From an uncultured delta proteobacterium (lineage in GTDB: Bacteria > Myxococcota_A > Polyangia > Palsa-1104), in the NCBI GenBank assembly GCA_963785725.1, contig CAWAWS010000014.1, forward strand, positions 1 to 64,000: a stretch of DNA of 64,000 bases, in the 5' to 3' direction. This document shows positions 21,955 through 31,830 of the stretch, one piece after another. A program made the position numbers and the translations under genes. How positions within the stretch are numbered: position 1 is the first letter of the stretch; each line of letters opens with the position of its first letter. The notes under the pieces were generated by a model, which saw nothing but the letters and a program-made list of their open reading frames with translations, did not search any database and was not told the DNA's origin.

Positions 21955-22575
21955 ATGCATTGGGGTGAGCAGCTCATCGACATCGTCGTACGCAATCACA
22001 ATACGCTAGGCCTCGGCCTGTTGCTCCTCTCGGCGCTCATCGAATATGTGTTTCCGCCGTTTCCAGGCGACATGATCACGGTGTTCGGCGCCTTCTTGGT
22101 CGTGCGCCGCGGCTGGAGCGGGCCGGCCGTGTTCGGCGCCGTAACGCTCGGCAGCATCCTGGGGTTCACGTTCGACACCGCCGTCGGCCGCTGGCTCGGC
22201 CGCACCGAAGCGCGCTGGACCCACGGGCGCTTGCAGCGACTGCGCCCGCGACTCGACGACATCATCGCCCGCTTCGCCCGTCACGGCGGGCTCTACTTGG
22301 CGATCAATCGCTTCATTCCGTCGCTGCGCGGGCTCTTCTTCGTCGCCGCGGGCATGGCGCGCTTGCCCTGGTGGCAGGTCATCGTCTACGGCACGTTGTC
22401 GGCGCTGATGTGGAACGCGCTCTTGCTGCTGCTCGGGCTCACCGTCGGCGAATCGTGGCCGCGACTGCTGCGCGCGCTGCAGGATTACGGCGTCGGCTGC
22501 GCGATCTTGGCGACGATCTTGGTGTTGGCGTTTACGGCGCGTTGGTTCTGGCGTCGACGACGCGCGAAAGCCTAG
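21955..22575 (+). CDS. DedA family membrane protein
   Basis: IEYVFPPFPGD, RFIPSLR, AGMARL motifs. Confidence 0.9.
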   Translation: MHWGEQLIDIVVRNHNTLGLGLLLLSALIEYVFPPFPGDMITVFGAFLVVRRGWSGPAVFGAVTLGSILGFTFDTAVGRWLGRTEARWTHGRLQRLRPRLDDIIARFARHGGLYLAINRFIPSLRGLFFVAAGMARLPWWQVIVYGTLSALMWNALLLLLGLTVGESWPRLLRALQDYGVGCAILATILVLAFTARWFWRRRRAKA

Positions 22576-23390
22576 TCTCCCAAGCAGCTGCCGAGGCTGA
22601 CGTCGAGGCGGCTGAGTAAGAGGCCGGCCAAGCTGGCGAGCTCGCTGATGCTGCCGCCGATCTCGAGCCGCAGCGCCTCGAGCGCCTTGGCGCGCGCTTC
22701 GGCCCGCGCCGCGGCCAGCCAGCGCACGACCGTCGAATGATGCACGCGCATGAGCACGCCGATCTGCGTCGTCGTCATGCCGCCGACGAGGTGCAGCTTG
22801 AGCGCCCGTCGCTGCTCGAGCGGCAATTCGGCCAGCGCGCGCGCCAACGCTGCTTGGAACGGCTGGCGATACTGCGTCTTGATCGCCTCCAGCTCGGGAT
22901 CGTCGTCGGGCATCGCCTGCATCGTCGCGTGGCTGAGCGTCAGGTTGCGCTCGGGATGGCGCCCTTCGAGCAAGTTCAACGCCGTGCGCACCGCGGCCAC
23001 GCGCAGCCACGAAAACAGCGAGCCGCGACCGTTGTAGCTGGCGATGCGCGCCTCGTCGCCGCCGAGAAACAGCCGCTCGCGGAGCTTCTGGCAGACCTCG
23101 TCGGCGAAGGCGGGCGACGGATCCATCTGCCGCAACAGCGACGGCACGCGCACGAGGAAGACGCGCTCGAACGTCGCCAGCGCGCCCGCGATCTCGTGAC
23201 GGCACGCGCACGCCAAGTAGAGATCGGCGCCTTCGAGGCGTGTCCGCTGGCCGGCTTCCGGCGCCGGCAGCCGCTCGCGCGCATACGCTACGAAGCGCGC
23301 GCGTGACAAGTCGACGTCGGGCCAGGCCGCGCGTCCCGACTCGAACAGATCATCCAGCAGCTCGTCGGTCTCCGTTTCCAACGATCGCAT
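22572..23390 (-). CDS. Myxococcales-type sigma-70 (ECF-like) factor
   Basis: ADLYLACAC, YNGRGSLFSWLRVAAVR, DPELEAIK, region-4 HTH IGVLMRVHHSTVVRWL. Confidence 0.85.
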   Translation of the reverse strand: MRSLETETDELLDDLFESGRAAWPDVDLSRARFVAYARERLPAPEAGQRTRLEGADLYLACACRHEIAGALATFERVFLVRVPSLLRQMDPSPAFADEVCQKLRERLFLGGDEARIASYNGRGSLFSWLRVAAVRTALNLLEGRHPERNLTLSHATMQAMPDDDPELEAIKTQYRQPFQAALARALAELPLEQRRALKLHLVGGMTTTQIGVLMRVHHSTVVRWLAAARAEARAKALEALRLEIGGSISELASLAGLLLSRLDVSLGSCLGD

Positions 23391-23393
23391 TAC

Positions 23394-23403
23394 ACGCTAT
23401 CTT
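23394..23403. promoter_or_regulatory. Candidate bidirectional -10 core (TATCTT on +, TAGCGT on -)
   Basis: ACGCTATCTT inside a 20-bp head-to-head spacer. Confidence 0.45.
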
Positions 23404-23410
23404 TTCGCGG

Positions 23411-26188
23411 TTGGCTGCGCCGCGCATCACATCGGGCTGCCTCGACGAATCCAACCTGGTCGAGTACCTCGACGGGCGCGTCACCGAGGAGTTTTCGCGG
23501 CAGCTTCTCGACCACCTCGACGGCTGCCGGAGCTGCTTCGTGCTGCTGAGCGAGGTCGCGCGCGCCGCCCGGACGTCGGACGCGTTGGATGAAGCCGCGA
23601 ACGCGCCGGCGCGCGAACGCCCGGCCGAGTGGCGACCGCCGCCGATCGTCGACGAATATCGCGTCGAAGAGCGCATCGGCCAAGGCGCGGTCGGGCAGGT
23701 CTATCGCGCCATCGACACGCGGCTCGATCGTCCCGTCGCCATCAAGTTCCTGGCCGTCGAGCCGGAGGGGGCGACGCGCGATCGCTTCGCGATGGAGGCG
23801 CGCGCCGTCGCTCGCTTGTCGCATCCCAACGTCGTGGCCGTGTTTCGCGCGGGCGAGATCGAAGGTCGGCCGTTTCTCGTGTCGGAGCTGGTGCGTGGGC
23901 GCGGGCTCAATCAGGTCGAGCGGCCGGTGCCGTGGTCGACGGCGCTCGACATTGGCGTCGGCCTCGCGCGCGGCTTGGCGGCGGCGCATCGCGCCGGCGT
24001 GCTCCATCGCGACATCAAGCCCGCCAACGCCATCCTCGCCCATGACGGCACGGTCAAGCTGCTCGACTTCGGGCTGGCCAAGCTCATCGAGGCCAACAGC
24101 GCGCGTACGCCGTCGTCGCTGTCGAAGGCGCTCGTAGCCGAGGCGGCGGCGGGCGCGTTGCCGTCGCTGACGGCGACGGGCGCGCTCTTGGGCACGCCGC
24201 TGTACATGGCGCCCGAGGCGTGGCGCGGCGCGGCGTCGACGCCGCAAATGGACATCTATTCCGTCGGCGCGCTGTTGCACGAGCTGTGCGTGGGCGCGCC
24301 GCCGCACGTCGGCGCCAGCCTGTTCGAAGTGCGCGAAAAGGCGCTTCATCACGACGTCACGGTGCGCACGCCGGAGGTGCCGGCGCCGCTCGCGCTCGTC
24401 ATCGATCGTTGCCTGCGGCGCGATGCGGCCGCGCGTCCGGCGTCGGCGAACGCGCTCTTGGCCGAGCTCAACGACGCGCGCGCGCGCATCACGGCCGCGG
24501 CCGCGGCGCCGGCCCGTCGTCTGCGCGCGCTGCTGTTCGCGGCCACGACGCTGGCGCTCGTCGTGGCGACGTTCGCGATCGTGCGCGTCCGATCGTCGCA
24601 CGTAACGCCGGCGCCGTGGCGCGCGCAGCTCGCCGATCAGCTGCCGACGTTCGACGAGAACGCCGACACGCCGCTCTTCTCGCCCGACGGCAAATGGCTC
24701 CTCTACGCCTCCGATCGCGACGGTCATTGGCGGCTCTATCGGCAGCCGACCAGCGGCGGACGAGCGGTCGCGATTACGCCGCCCGGCTGGGGCGTTTGGG
24801 TGCCGAAGTGGAGCGCCGACGGCCGTTTCATCTACTTCGTCGACAACATTCGCCTGTTCCGCATGCCGTCCGCCGGCGGCGCGCGCGAGCTCGTCGCCGA
24901 GCACGTCTCCTACGCCGCCGTGTGCGGCGAGCAGCTGGCGCTGGTGCGACCGATCGTGCCCGACTGCAGCCGCTGCGAGCGCATCGTCCTGCGCGGCGTC
25001 GACGACCCACGCGAACGCGAGCTCCTGCGCACGCCGGGCAACATCTCGCGCATCGACTGCGACGCCGCCGGCCGCCGCCTCGTCTATCTGCTCAGCGACG
25101 GCGGCGGCGCCGTCCCCGGCACCGGCGATCTATGGTGGATGGGCCTCGATGACAAGGCCGCGCAGCGCCTGACGTTCGACGGCCTCGCCCGCCGCCCGAC
25201 GTTTCACCCCGACGGCCAGAGCGTCCTCTACTCCGCCGAACATGACGGGCACGTCAACTTGTGGGAGCGCGATCTCGTCGGCGGTCGCGTCGAGCAGCTG
25301 ACGTTCGGCGAAGGCCAAGATCAAGCCGCCCACGTCGCGCGCGACGGCAGCCGCGTCGTGTTCGACGTCGCCGAGCCGTCGTCGCCGCTCTACGCGTACG
25401 CCGCCGACGGCACAGCGCGACGACGGCTCACACAAGCGGTCGAGGACGTCGTCAACGTCGTGCCCACGCGCGACGGCCAGGCGCTCATCCTCGGCGTCGT
25501 GCAGAACGGCCGCCCGCGCCTCGTCATCCACGCGCTGCCCGACGGCGACGAGCACATCCTCGCCGACGGAGCGACGCCCGTGCTCAGCGCCGACGAGCGC
25601 GAAGTCGTGTTCACGCGCTTCGCCGCCGGAGTCACGCGCATCTTCGCCGTGCCGCGCGCGGGCGGCGCCGAACGGTTCGTCGGCAGCGTGCCGCAGCCGG
25701 TGCGCTGGCTGTCGGTCGGGCCCGACGACGTCGTGCACATCTCGCTCGTGCGTTACGCCAATCCGCCCGGCGTGTGGCAAGTGCCGCTGGCCGGCGGTGA
25801 GCCGCGCCGCGAGCTCGACGGCAGCTGGGAGATCGTGTTGGCCGCGCGCGACTACAGCGTGGCCGTCCACGCCGGCGTCGAGCAGCACGTCTTCGTCAAG
25901 CGCGCGGCCGAGCCGTGGAGCGCCGCGCGCCGGCTGCCGATTCAACAGCGCGACAACCTCGCCTGGTACCCTGACGGTCGCACCATCGCCTACTGGACCG
26001 GCTCCGAGTTGCGCCGCCACGACGTCGTCAACGACGCCGACAGCCGCCTCTTCGACGCGCCGCTCTTGCGCGTCTTCGGCCTCGGCATCGCGCCCGACGG
26101 CCGCACCATCTACGCCGCCGACGCCTCCAGCCACGTGCGCCGCCACTTCATCGCCAACTACGGCCAGCGCCCGCGTCCGCTTCGCTGA
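23411..26188 (+). CDS. Ser/Thr kinase with N-terminal zf-HC2-like domain, TM helix and TolB/PD40 beta-propellers
   Basis: CLDES...HLDGCRSC; GQGAVG, VAIKF, HRDIKPAN, DFG, GTPLYMAPE; TM; FSPDGK, WSADGR, FHPDGQ repeats; start approximate (TTG). Confidence 0.9.
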   Translation: MAAPRITSGCLDESNLVEYLDGRVTEEFSRQLLDHLDGCRSCFVLLSEVARAARTSDALDEAANAPARERPAEWRPPPIVDEYRVEERIGQGAVGQVYRAIDTRLDRPVAIKFLAVEPEGATRDRFAMEARAVARLSHPNVVAVFRAGEIEGRPFLVSELVRGRGLNQVERPVPWSTALDIGVGLARGLAAAHRAGVLHRDIKPANAILAHDGTVKLLDFGLAKLIEANSARTPSSLSKALVAEAAAGALPSLTATGALLGTPLYMAPEAWRGAASTPQMDIYSVGALLHELCVGAPPHVGASLFEVREKALHHDVTVRTPEVPAPLALVIDRCLRRDAAARPASANALLAELNDARARITAAAAAPARRLRALLFAATTLALVVATFAIVRVRSSHVTPAPWRAQLADQLPTFDENADTPLFSPDGKWLLYASDRDGHWRLYRQPTSGGRAVAITPPGWGVWVPKWSADGRFIYFVDNIRLFRMPSAGGARELVAEHVSYAAVCGEQLALVRPIVPDCSRCERIVLRGVDDPRERELLRTPGNISRIDCDAAGRRLVYLLSDGGGAVPGTGDLWWMGLDDKAAQRLTFDGLARRPTFHPDGQSVLYSAEHDGHVNLWERDLVGGRVEQLTFGEGQDQAAHVARDGSRVVFDVAEPSSPLYAYAADGTARRRLTQAVEDVVNVVPTRDGQALILGVVQNGRPRLVIHALPDGDEHILADGATPVLSADEREVVFTRFAAGVTRIFAVPRAGGAERFVGSVPQPVRWLSVGPDDVVHISLVRYANPPGVWQVPLAGGEPRRELDGSWEIVLAARDYSVAVHAGVEQHVFVKRAAEPWSAARRLPIQQRDNLAWYPDGRTIAYWTGSELRRHDVVNDADSRLFDAPLLRVFGLGIAPDGRTIYAADASSHVRRHFIANYGQRPRPLR

Positions 26189-26313
26189 TCCTCGCCCAAC
26201 TCCTTGCGCCGCTTGTCGTTGGCCGCGGCGGTCGATTTCCGTGCACAGCCGAAGCGCGGCGCCTGTCTTCCCAGTACGGGCCACTTTCGACGCGCCCGAA
26301 TAGGGGAAAACAC

Positions 26314-26952
26314 ATGCTCTTCTACTCGAACAAGCTGGAAAAGAACGCGCCGCGCATCGAATCGAAGCTGCGCAAGGAGCTCAAGCAGACGGCGCCGCTG
26401 GCGTACGAAGCGGAAGTGCAAGGCAGCGTGCGTCCGACCTCGATCGGCCGCTTTCTCGCTGATTTGGCCGGCGACGCCGCGCTCGAGCTGTTGGGCACGA
26501 GCGGCTTGCGCCCGGTCTACACGCTGCGCTTCGCCGTGCCCGACAACGGCGGCGAGGTCCGCGTCAACGTCCTCACCGACGGTAAACAGGTGATGTTGGG
26601 CGGACTGCTCTACTCGAAGGTGCTGGCAAAGCCGGTGCGCGGTCCGGTGCGCTTGCAGGACCAAAACGAGAAGATGTTCTTCCGCTGCAAGTTCGACGGC
26701 GAGCCGACCGCCGTCGCCAAGCTCAACGCCGACAAGCCGCTCATCAAGCGCGTCAACAAGTTCGTCCGCGATCGCTACAAGCTCGGCGAGACCACCATCA
26801 TGAGCCAGCGCTTCTTCAGCTTGGCGCCGTTCGAGTCGAGCTCGCTCTTGACCATCAGCACGATGCCGCGCAGCAAGTGGTGGGGCATGGCTTCGTCCTT
26901 CGATGCCAGCGAGTTCCAGCTCATCGCCGCCGCCGTCGAAGCCGTGCTGTAG
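26314..26952 (+). CDS. Hypothetical protein
   Basis: RBS AGGGGA; long ORF with host-like codon bias. Confidence 0.7.
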   Translation: MLFYSNKLEKNAPRIESKLRKELKQTAPLAYEAEVQGSVRPTSIGRFLADLAGDAALELLGTSGLRPVYTLRFAVPDNGGEVRVNVLTDGKQVMLGGLLYSKVLAKPVRGPVRLQDQNEKMFFRCKFDGEPTAVAKLNADKPLIKRVNKFVRDRYKLGETTIMSQRFFSLAPFESSSLLTISTMPRSKWWGMASSFDASEFQLIAAAVEAVL

Positions 26953-27428
26953 TGGCGGCGACGGCTTGCGCGCAGTGCGGCGCGGCGCAGACGGACCTCT
27001 TGTGCCGCTTTTGCGGCACGACCGCCGCCGCCGTCGAATCGCTCGACGACGAGCTGCACGCGCTGCGCTTTTTACATTCGCTCATTCAATACGCGTCGAA
27101 GAAGGAGCAGCTCAAGCTGCTGCAGACCGGCTTCTTGCCGCATCACGCGTCGGTGCTGATCGAAGGCGGGCTGCAGTGCTTCGTGCTCCTACGCGACAGC
27201 GACGCCGACGAGGTGTCGGACGCGGCGGCGTCGCGGCTGTCGACGATCGCCACGCGCCTGCGCCTCGGCAAGCAGGACGAAGCCGTGCGTCAGGCGCTGG
27301 CGCAGTTCGACGAACGGCTGGCGCGTTATCGGCGCGGTCAGGCGCTCTTGAATTGGACGGCGGGAATCATCGTCGTCCTCTTGCTCGCCGGCGGCGGCTG
27401 GTACTGGCTCGCGCACCACGCCCATTAA
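26952..27428 (+). CDS. Hypothetical protein with N-terminal zinc ribbon and C-terminal TM
   Basis: CAQC...CRFC; coupled to the upstream stop; C-terminal GIIVVLLLAGGGWYW. Confidence 0.65.
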   Translation: MAATACAQCGAAQTDLLCRFCGTTAAAVESLDDELHALRFLHSLIQYASKKEQLKLLQTGFLPHHASVLIEGGLQCFVLLRDSDADEVSDAAASRLSTIATRLRLGKQDEAVRQALAQFDERLARYRRGQALLNWTAGIIVVLLLAGGGWYWLAHHAH

Positions 27429-27440
27429 CGGGGGAAGCTC

Positions 27441-28271
27441 ATGCTCTTCAAGGTCATCGTAGTGGGCGCGGTCGGCTATGTCGCCTGGCGCTGGCACGTC
27501 AAGCGCGTCGATCGCGAGGCCGCGGAATATCATCGGGAGCAGCTCACGCCGCAGCGTCGCTTCGCGTGGGAAGACGGCCTCAGCGTCGCCGAGGAGACGG
27601 CGCTTTTGCGCGGCATCGCCGCGTACGAAGCGGCCGGCAGCCACTGCTCCGTTCACCACGAGAAGGCGCTGCTGGACGTCGGCTTGGGCACGTCGACGAT
27701 CATCTCGCTCTTTCGCCTCGCCGAGCAGTTCCGCGCGCTCGGTGCGCCGGCGCTCGCCGACCCGATCGCGGCGGTCAAGTCGCTGCTCGACGGCATAGGC
27801 AGCGGCAGCGTGCCCGGCGGTTTGCGGCTGCAGCGCGATTGGTTCACGGGCGAGCTCGACTCGATGAACAACGATCGCTTCATCGACGCCGCGCGCGAGC
27901 TCTTACGCGTCAACGACGACGAGCGCATCTGCAGCTGGTACAGCGACGAGAACGAAGGCCGCATCGACCTCGAGATCAGCGCCGACCGCGCCGCGTTGGC
28001 GTCGATCCACGGCGGCGACTACGAAAAGGCGCGCGCGCATCGCAGTCGCCACGTCAACGTGCTGGTGATCGACGTCGGCTTGGCGGTCGCGCCTTATCGT
28101 CAGCTGCGCGCGGCTCAGCCGACGCTGCCGCCGAAGGAGGTGCTGCGGCGCGTGCTCATCGCGCTGATCCAGCCGGGCAGCGCGGCGATCTTGTGGTCGA
28201 AAGTGACGGCCAGCGAGCGCGAGTGGGCCGTCGCGCTCGCCGCTGCGTCGGGACAGAAGCTGGCCGCGTAA
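27441..28271 (+). CDS. Hypothetical membrane-anchored protein
   Basis: RBS GGGGA; N-terminal hydrophobic anchor. Confidence 0.65.
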   Translation: MLFKVIVVGAVGYVAWRWHVKRVDREAAEYHREQLTPQRRFAWEDGLSVAEETALLRGIAAYEAAGSHCSVHHEKALLDVGLGTSTIISLFRLAEQFRALGAPALADPIAAVKSLLDGIGSGSVPGGLRLQRDWFTGELDSMNNDRFIDAARELLRVNDDERICSWYSDENEGRIDLEISADRAALASIHGGDYEKARAHRSRHVNVLVIDVGLAVAPYRQLRAAQPTLPPKEVLRRVLIALIQPGSAAILWSKVTASEREWAVALAAASGQKLAA

Positions 28272-28276
28272 AATCG

Positions 28277-28639
28277 CTAGGCGCTCGGCTTCTTGCGCTT
28301 GCGCCGATCGCGTTTCGCGCCGCCGGCGCCGTTGGCCGCGTCTTCCGGCTCTTTGTCGTCGCTCGCTGCTTGCGCGCCATCTTCCGTCGCTTTGGTCGCG
28401 TCGACGGCCGGCGTGGCGACGTTGGCCGCGCCTTCGGCTTTGACGAGCATGCCGGCGCCGAGCCCTTCGTGCACGCGCGTCACCCGCACCGTCGCCCGCG
28501 CGTCACCGTCGAGCGTCAGCCGAGTCCCGACCGGCATCGGCTGCTCCAGCTCGACGAACCAGCCGCTGTCCTCTTCGCGCGCCTGCGCGCCCGCCGCCAA
28601 TTTCACGCCGTCCCAGCTGACGTCGACGATCATGGACAA
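28277..28639 (-). CDS. Hypothetical protein (PilZ-like beta barrel plus charged tail)
   Basis: GWFVELEQPMPVGTRLTL...VRVTRV...GMLV resembles a PilZ barrel; start 28639 (TTG) or 28633 (ATG). Confidence 0.55.
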   Translation of the reverse strand: MSMIVDVSWDGVKLAAGAQAREEDSGWFVELEQPMPVGTRLTLDGDARATVRVTRVHEGLGAGMLVKAEGAANVATPAVDATKATEDGAQAASDDKEPEDAANGAGGAKRDRRKRKKPSA

Positions 28640-28651
28640 GCACTCTACTAC

Positions 28652-28661
28652 AGCTTAGATT
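28652..28661. promoter_or_regulatory. Candidate bidirectional -10 core (TAGATT on +, TAAGCT on -)
   Basis: AGCTTAGATT in a ~33-bp divergent spacer. Confidence 0.45.
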
Positions 28662-28672
28662 GCGACCTCCAA

Positions 28673-29527
28673 ATGAGCGCCGTCGACTGGATGAAAGCGC
28701 GCGTCCAGGGTTGGGTCGACTCCAAGCTCGATCCGGTCTTTCGGGCGAAGCTGAAAGCGCTGCCGACGCGGCAGAACGAGTACGGCTACGATCCGTTCGG
28801 CTTCCATCGCGACGAGGCGAAGGTGGCGGCGCTCGTCACCGATTTCTTGTATCGCCGCTATTTTCGCGTCGAGGCGCACGGCGTCGCCAATGTGCCGGCG
28901 GGGCGCGTGCTGCTCGTGTCGAACCACTCGGGCCAGCTGCCGTTCGACGCGGTCGGCATCGGCGGCGCGCTGCTCTTCGATCACGATCCGCCGCGCATCG
29001 TCCGCGCCATGATCGAGAAGTACATCCAGACCGTGCCGTTCGCGTCCTATCTGTTCGCGCGCTGGGGCCAAATTACGGGCACGCCCGAGAATTGCCGCCG
29101 CCTGCTCGAGGACGAAGAGGCGATCCTCGTCTTTCCCGAAGGCGCGCGCGGCATCTCCAAGCCGTTCACGCAGCGCTATCAGCTGCAGGAATTCGGGCTC
29201 GGCTTCATGCGGCTGGCGCTGGAGACGAACACGCCCATCGTCCCCGTGGCGGTCATCGGCGCCGAGGAGCAAGCGCCGGCGGTCAATCTGAAGTCGCTGG
29301 CGAAGCTGCTCGGCGCGCCCGCGTTTCCGGTGATGCCGCTGCCGCCGTTCTTCCCGATCTTGCCCTATCCGACGAAATATCGGCTCTACTTCGGCGAGCC
29401 GCAGCGCTTCGACGGCGATCCCGACGACGACGACGACGTCATCGCCGACAAAGTGCTGCACGTGCGCAATCAGATCCAGAGCATGATTCGCTTCGGTCTC
29501 AAGGAACGTCGCCACATTTTCTGGTGA
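28673..29527 (+). CDS. Lysophospholipid acyltransferase (PlsC-like)
   Basis: SNHSGQLPFD, VFPEG, GFMRLALETNTPIVPVAVIG. Confidence 0.9.
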   Translation: MSAVDWMKARVQGWVDSKLDPVFRAKLKALPTRQNEYGYDPFGFHRDEAKVAALVTDFLYRRYFRVEAHGVANVPAGRVLLVSNHSGQLPFDAVGIGGALLFDHDPPRIVRAMIEKYIQTVPFASYLFARWGQITGTPENCRRLLEDEEAILVFPEGARGISKPFTQRYQLQEFGLGFMRLALETNTPIVPVAVIGAEEQAPAVNLKSLAKLLGAPAFPVMPLPPFFPILPYPTKYRLYFGEPQRFDGDPDDDDDVIADKVLHVRNQIQSMIRFGLKERRHIFW

Positions 29528-29530
29528 GCC

Positions 29531-30499
29531 ATGTCGACGCGGCGCAGAGGCCAAGGAGTCGTTCGCGACAAGATCATCATCACCGGCATCGCCGGCCGCT
29601 TGGGCCGGCTGCTCGCGCGTCGTCTCCATCGCGAAGGCGTGGGCACGATCATCGGCATCGACCGGCGCGACTTTCCCGGCCGTCCGCGCGACATCGAGCA
29701 CGTCAAAGTCGACCTGCGCAGCAAGAAGGCGCGCGACATCTTCCGCGCCGAGGACGTCAAGGCGCTCATTCACATGGGCCTCATGCACGACCCGCGCATG
29801 ACGGCCGCCGAGCACCACTCGTGGAACGTGCAGGGCACGGCGCGGCTGCTCGACGCCTGCGCCAGCTACGGCGTCCCCAAAGTCATCGTGCTGTCGAGCG
29901 CCAACGTCTACGGCCCGGGTCCCGACAATCCGCAGTTCTTGAGTGAAGACGCGCCTTTGAATGCGGGCCTCCACTTCCCGGCGATTCGCGACCTCATCGA
30001 AGTCGACATGCTGGCGTCGTCGTTCTTCTGGAAGCAGCAGAGCTGCGACACGGTCATCCTGCGGCCGGTTCACATCTTGGGCGGCGTGCGCAACGCCCCC
30101 TCGAACTACTTCCGGCTGCCCTGGGTGCCGACGCTGCTCGGCTTCGATCCGATGGTCCAGCTCATCCACGAGCTCGACGTCGTGGACGCGATCGTCTGCG
30201 CGCTGACGCCTAAAGTACGCGGAATCTTCAACGTCGTTGGGCCAGGCGAGCTGCCGCTGTCGACGATTTTACGCGAGCTCGACAAGAAGACGGTGCCGAT
30301 CCCGCATCCGCTGGCGCACGCCGTGTTGACGACCTTGTGGCGCGGCAAGCTGACGTCGTTCCCGGTGCCCGAGCTCGACCACATCCGCTACGTCTGCATG
30401 GTGGATGGCACGCGCGCCCGCGACCAGCTCGGCTTCAAGGCGCGGCACACCCTCAAAGAGACGATTCGGGCCGTCCACACCGAGCGCTCGATTTCCTGA
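29531..30499 (+). CDS. NAD-dependent epimerase/dehydratase family protein
   Basis: IIITGIAGRLG, NVQGT, SSANVYG. Confidence 0.85.
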   Translation: MSTRRRGQGVVRDKIIITGIAGRLGRLLARRLHREGVGTIIGIDRRDFPGRPRDIEHVKVDLRSKKARDIFRAEDVKALIHMGLMHDPRMTAAEHHSWNVQGTARLLDACASYGVPKVIVLSSANVYGPGPDNPQFLSEDAPLNAGLHFPAIRDLIEVDMLASSFFWKQQSCDTVILRPVHILGGVRNAPSNYFRLPWVPTLLGFDPMVQLIHELDVVDAIVCALTPKVRGIFNVVGPGELPLSTILRELDKKTVPIPHPLAHAVLTTLWRGKLTSFPVPELDHIRYVCMVDGTRARDQLGFKARHTLKETIRAVHTERSIS

Positions 30500-30593
30500 T
30501 CGCGAACGAGTAGATACACGCGACGTGTGAAGAACTGTTCACGGATCTCGCGCCGCTTTCTCTCTCTCGACGGGAATGGACGCGATCCAACAC

Positions 30594-30609
30594 TGGCACG
30601 GGGCCTGCT
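30594..30609 (+). promoter_or_regulatory. Sigma-54 (-24/-12) promoter
   Basis: TGGCACGGGGCCTGCT = GG-N10-GC, upstream of RBS GGAGG and ATG 30640. Confidence 0.7.
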
Positions 30610-30639
30610 CCACGGCAGCCCGGAATGGAGGCGAGTCCT

Positions 30640-31800
30640 ATGCAGCGCATTCTGATGGCGGTGCTCCCGCTCCTCGTGTTCGCGGCAGGTGGCTGCGATT
30701 TCTTCGGCCACAAGGACAGTTTTTATACCTACTGCGACGCGACCGGTTGCTACACCTGTGATCAGAACGGCTGCGTGCCACAGGGCGCTCCGACTGGCTC
30801 AAACTGCAAGAATAACAACGATTGTGGCGAGGGCTGTTACTGCGCAGCCAACGGCACATGTACCGAAGCCGGCTTCTGCAACACGGATTCGGACTGCTCG
30901 GGCGGCATGATCTGCGACACCACGCGTCATTCGTGTGAGCCGGTCGGCGGGACGGGCGGCAACGGCTCGACCTGCAGCACCAACAACGACTGCAAGCCCG
31001 GGTTCTACTGCAACCCGGCCATCGGCGAGTGCACGCCGAGCACCAACTGCACCACGAACACCGATTGCGGGCCGGGCATGGTCTGCGATGACCGCGATAC
31101 CTGCGTCTCCGGTCCGACCAGCTGCGGCGCCGGCACCGACGGCGGCACCGGCTGCGCGCTGGGCTGCTACTGCAACAGCAACAACACGTGCGTGGAGACC
31201 GGCGTGTGCAAGGTCGACGGCGACTGCTCGCACCTCGGCGCGAACTACATCTGCGTGAACAACACGTGCCAGCCCTCGAACCCGGGCCCGACCACGTGCA
31301 CCATCGACGCGAATTGCGCCGCCGGCCTCGTCTGCGAAAACGGCGTCTGCACCAACTCGCCGAACCCGACGGGCTGCACGCAGAACGCGGAGTGCGGCAC
31401 CAACGGCCTGTGCGTCAACGGTCAGTGCGAAGACAGCTGCACCGATTCGTCGACCTGCGGCACCGGCTACGTCTGCGACGCGGGCGGCCACTGCGTCGAC
31501 AACCCGACGGGCGGCGCGACCTGCACGCTGAACACCGACTGCGCGTCGGGCCAGACCTGCATCAACGGCGTCTGCCACGGCGCGTGCGCCACGAACGACA
31601 ACTGCAGTGCCGAGGACGTCTGCATCGCCGGCACCTGCGTCGCCAACACGGGCCGCACGCCGCAGTGCCACACCAACGCCGATTGCGGCACCGGCCTCGA
31701 GTGCGTCAACGCCTTCTGCGCGGCGCATTGCTTCAACTCCAACGACTGCCAGCAGTGCGGTGCCGGTGGCGAAGCCTGCGTCATGGGCTACTGCCAGTAA
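30640..31800 (+). CDS. Cysteine-rich repeat lipoprotein (about 60 Cys)
   Basis: Lipobox AAGGC; about 14 CxxxxxCxxGxxC..C modules. Confidence 0.9.
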   Translation: MQRILMAVLPLLVFAAGGCDFFGHKDSFYTYCDATGCYTCDQNGCVPQGAPTGSNCKNNNDCGEGCYCAANGTCTEAGFCNTDSDCSGGMICDTTRHSCEPVGGTGGNGSTCSTNNDCKPGFYCNPAIGECTPSTNCTTNTDCGPGMVCDDRDTCVSGPTSCGAGTDGGTGCALGCYCNSNNTCVETGVCKVDGDCSHLGANYICVNNTCQPSNPGPTTCTIDANCAAGLVCENGVCTNSPNPTGCTQNAECGTNGLCVNGQCEDSCTDSSTCGTGYVCDAGGHCVDNPTGGATCTLNTDCASGQTCINGVCHGACATNDNCSAEDVCIAGTCVANTGRTPQCHTNADCGTGLECVNAFCAAHCFNSNDCQQCGAGGEACVMGYCQ

Positions 31801-31830
31801 GCATTCGGCGCTAAGACTTCGGGTCTACCG

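Noticed and set aside
26903..29527. 874-aa ORF as a large acyltransferase fusion
   Set aside because: Only the last 284 aa (from 28673) look like protein; the rest is an Arg-rich off-frame read across three other genes
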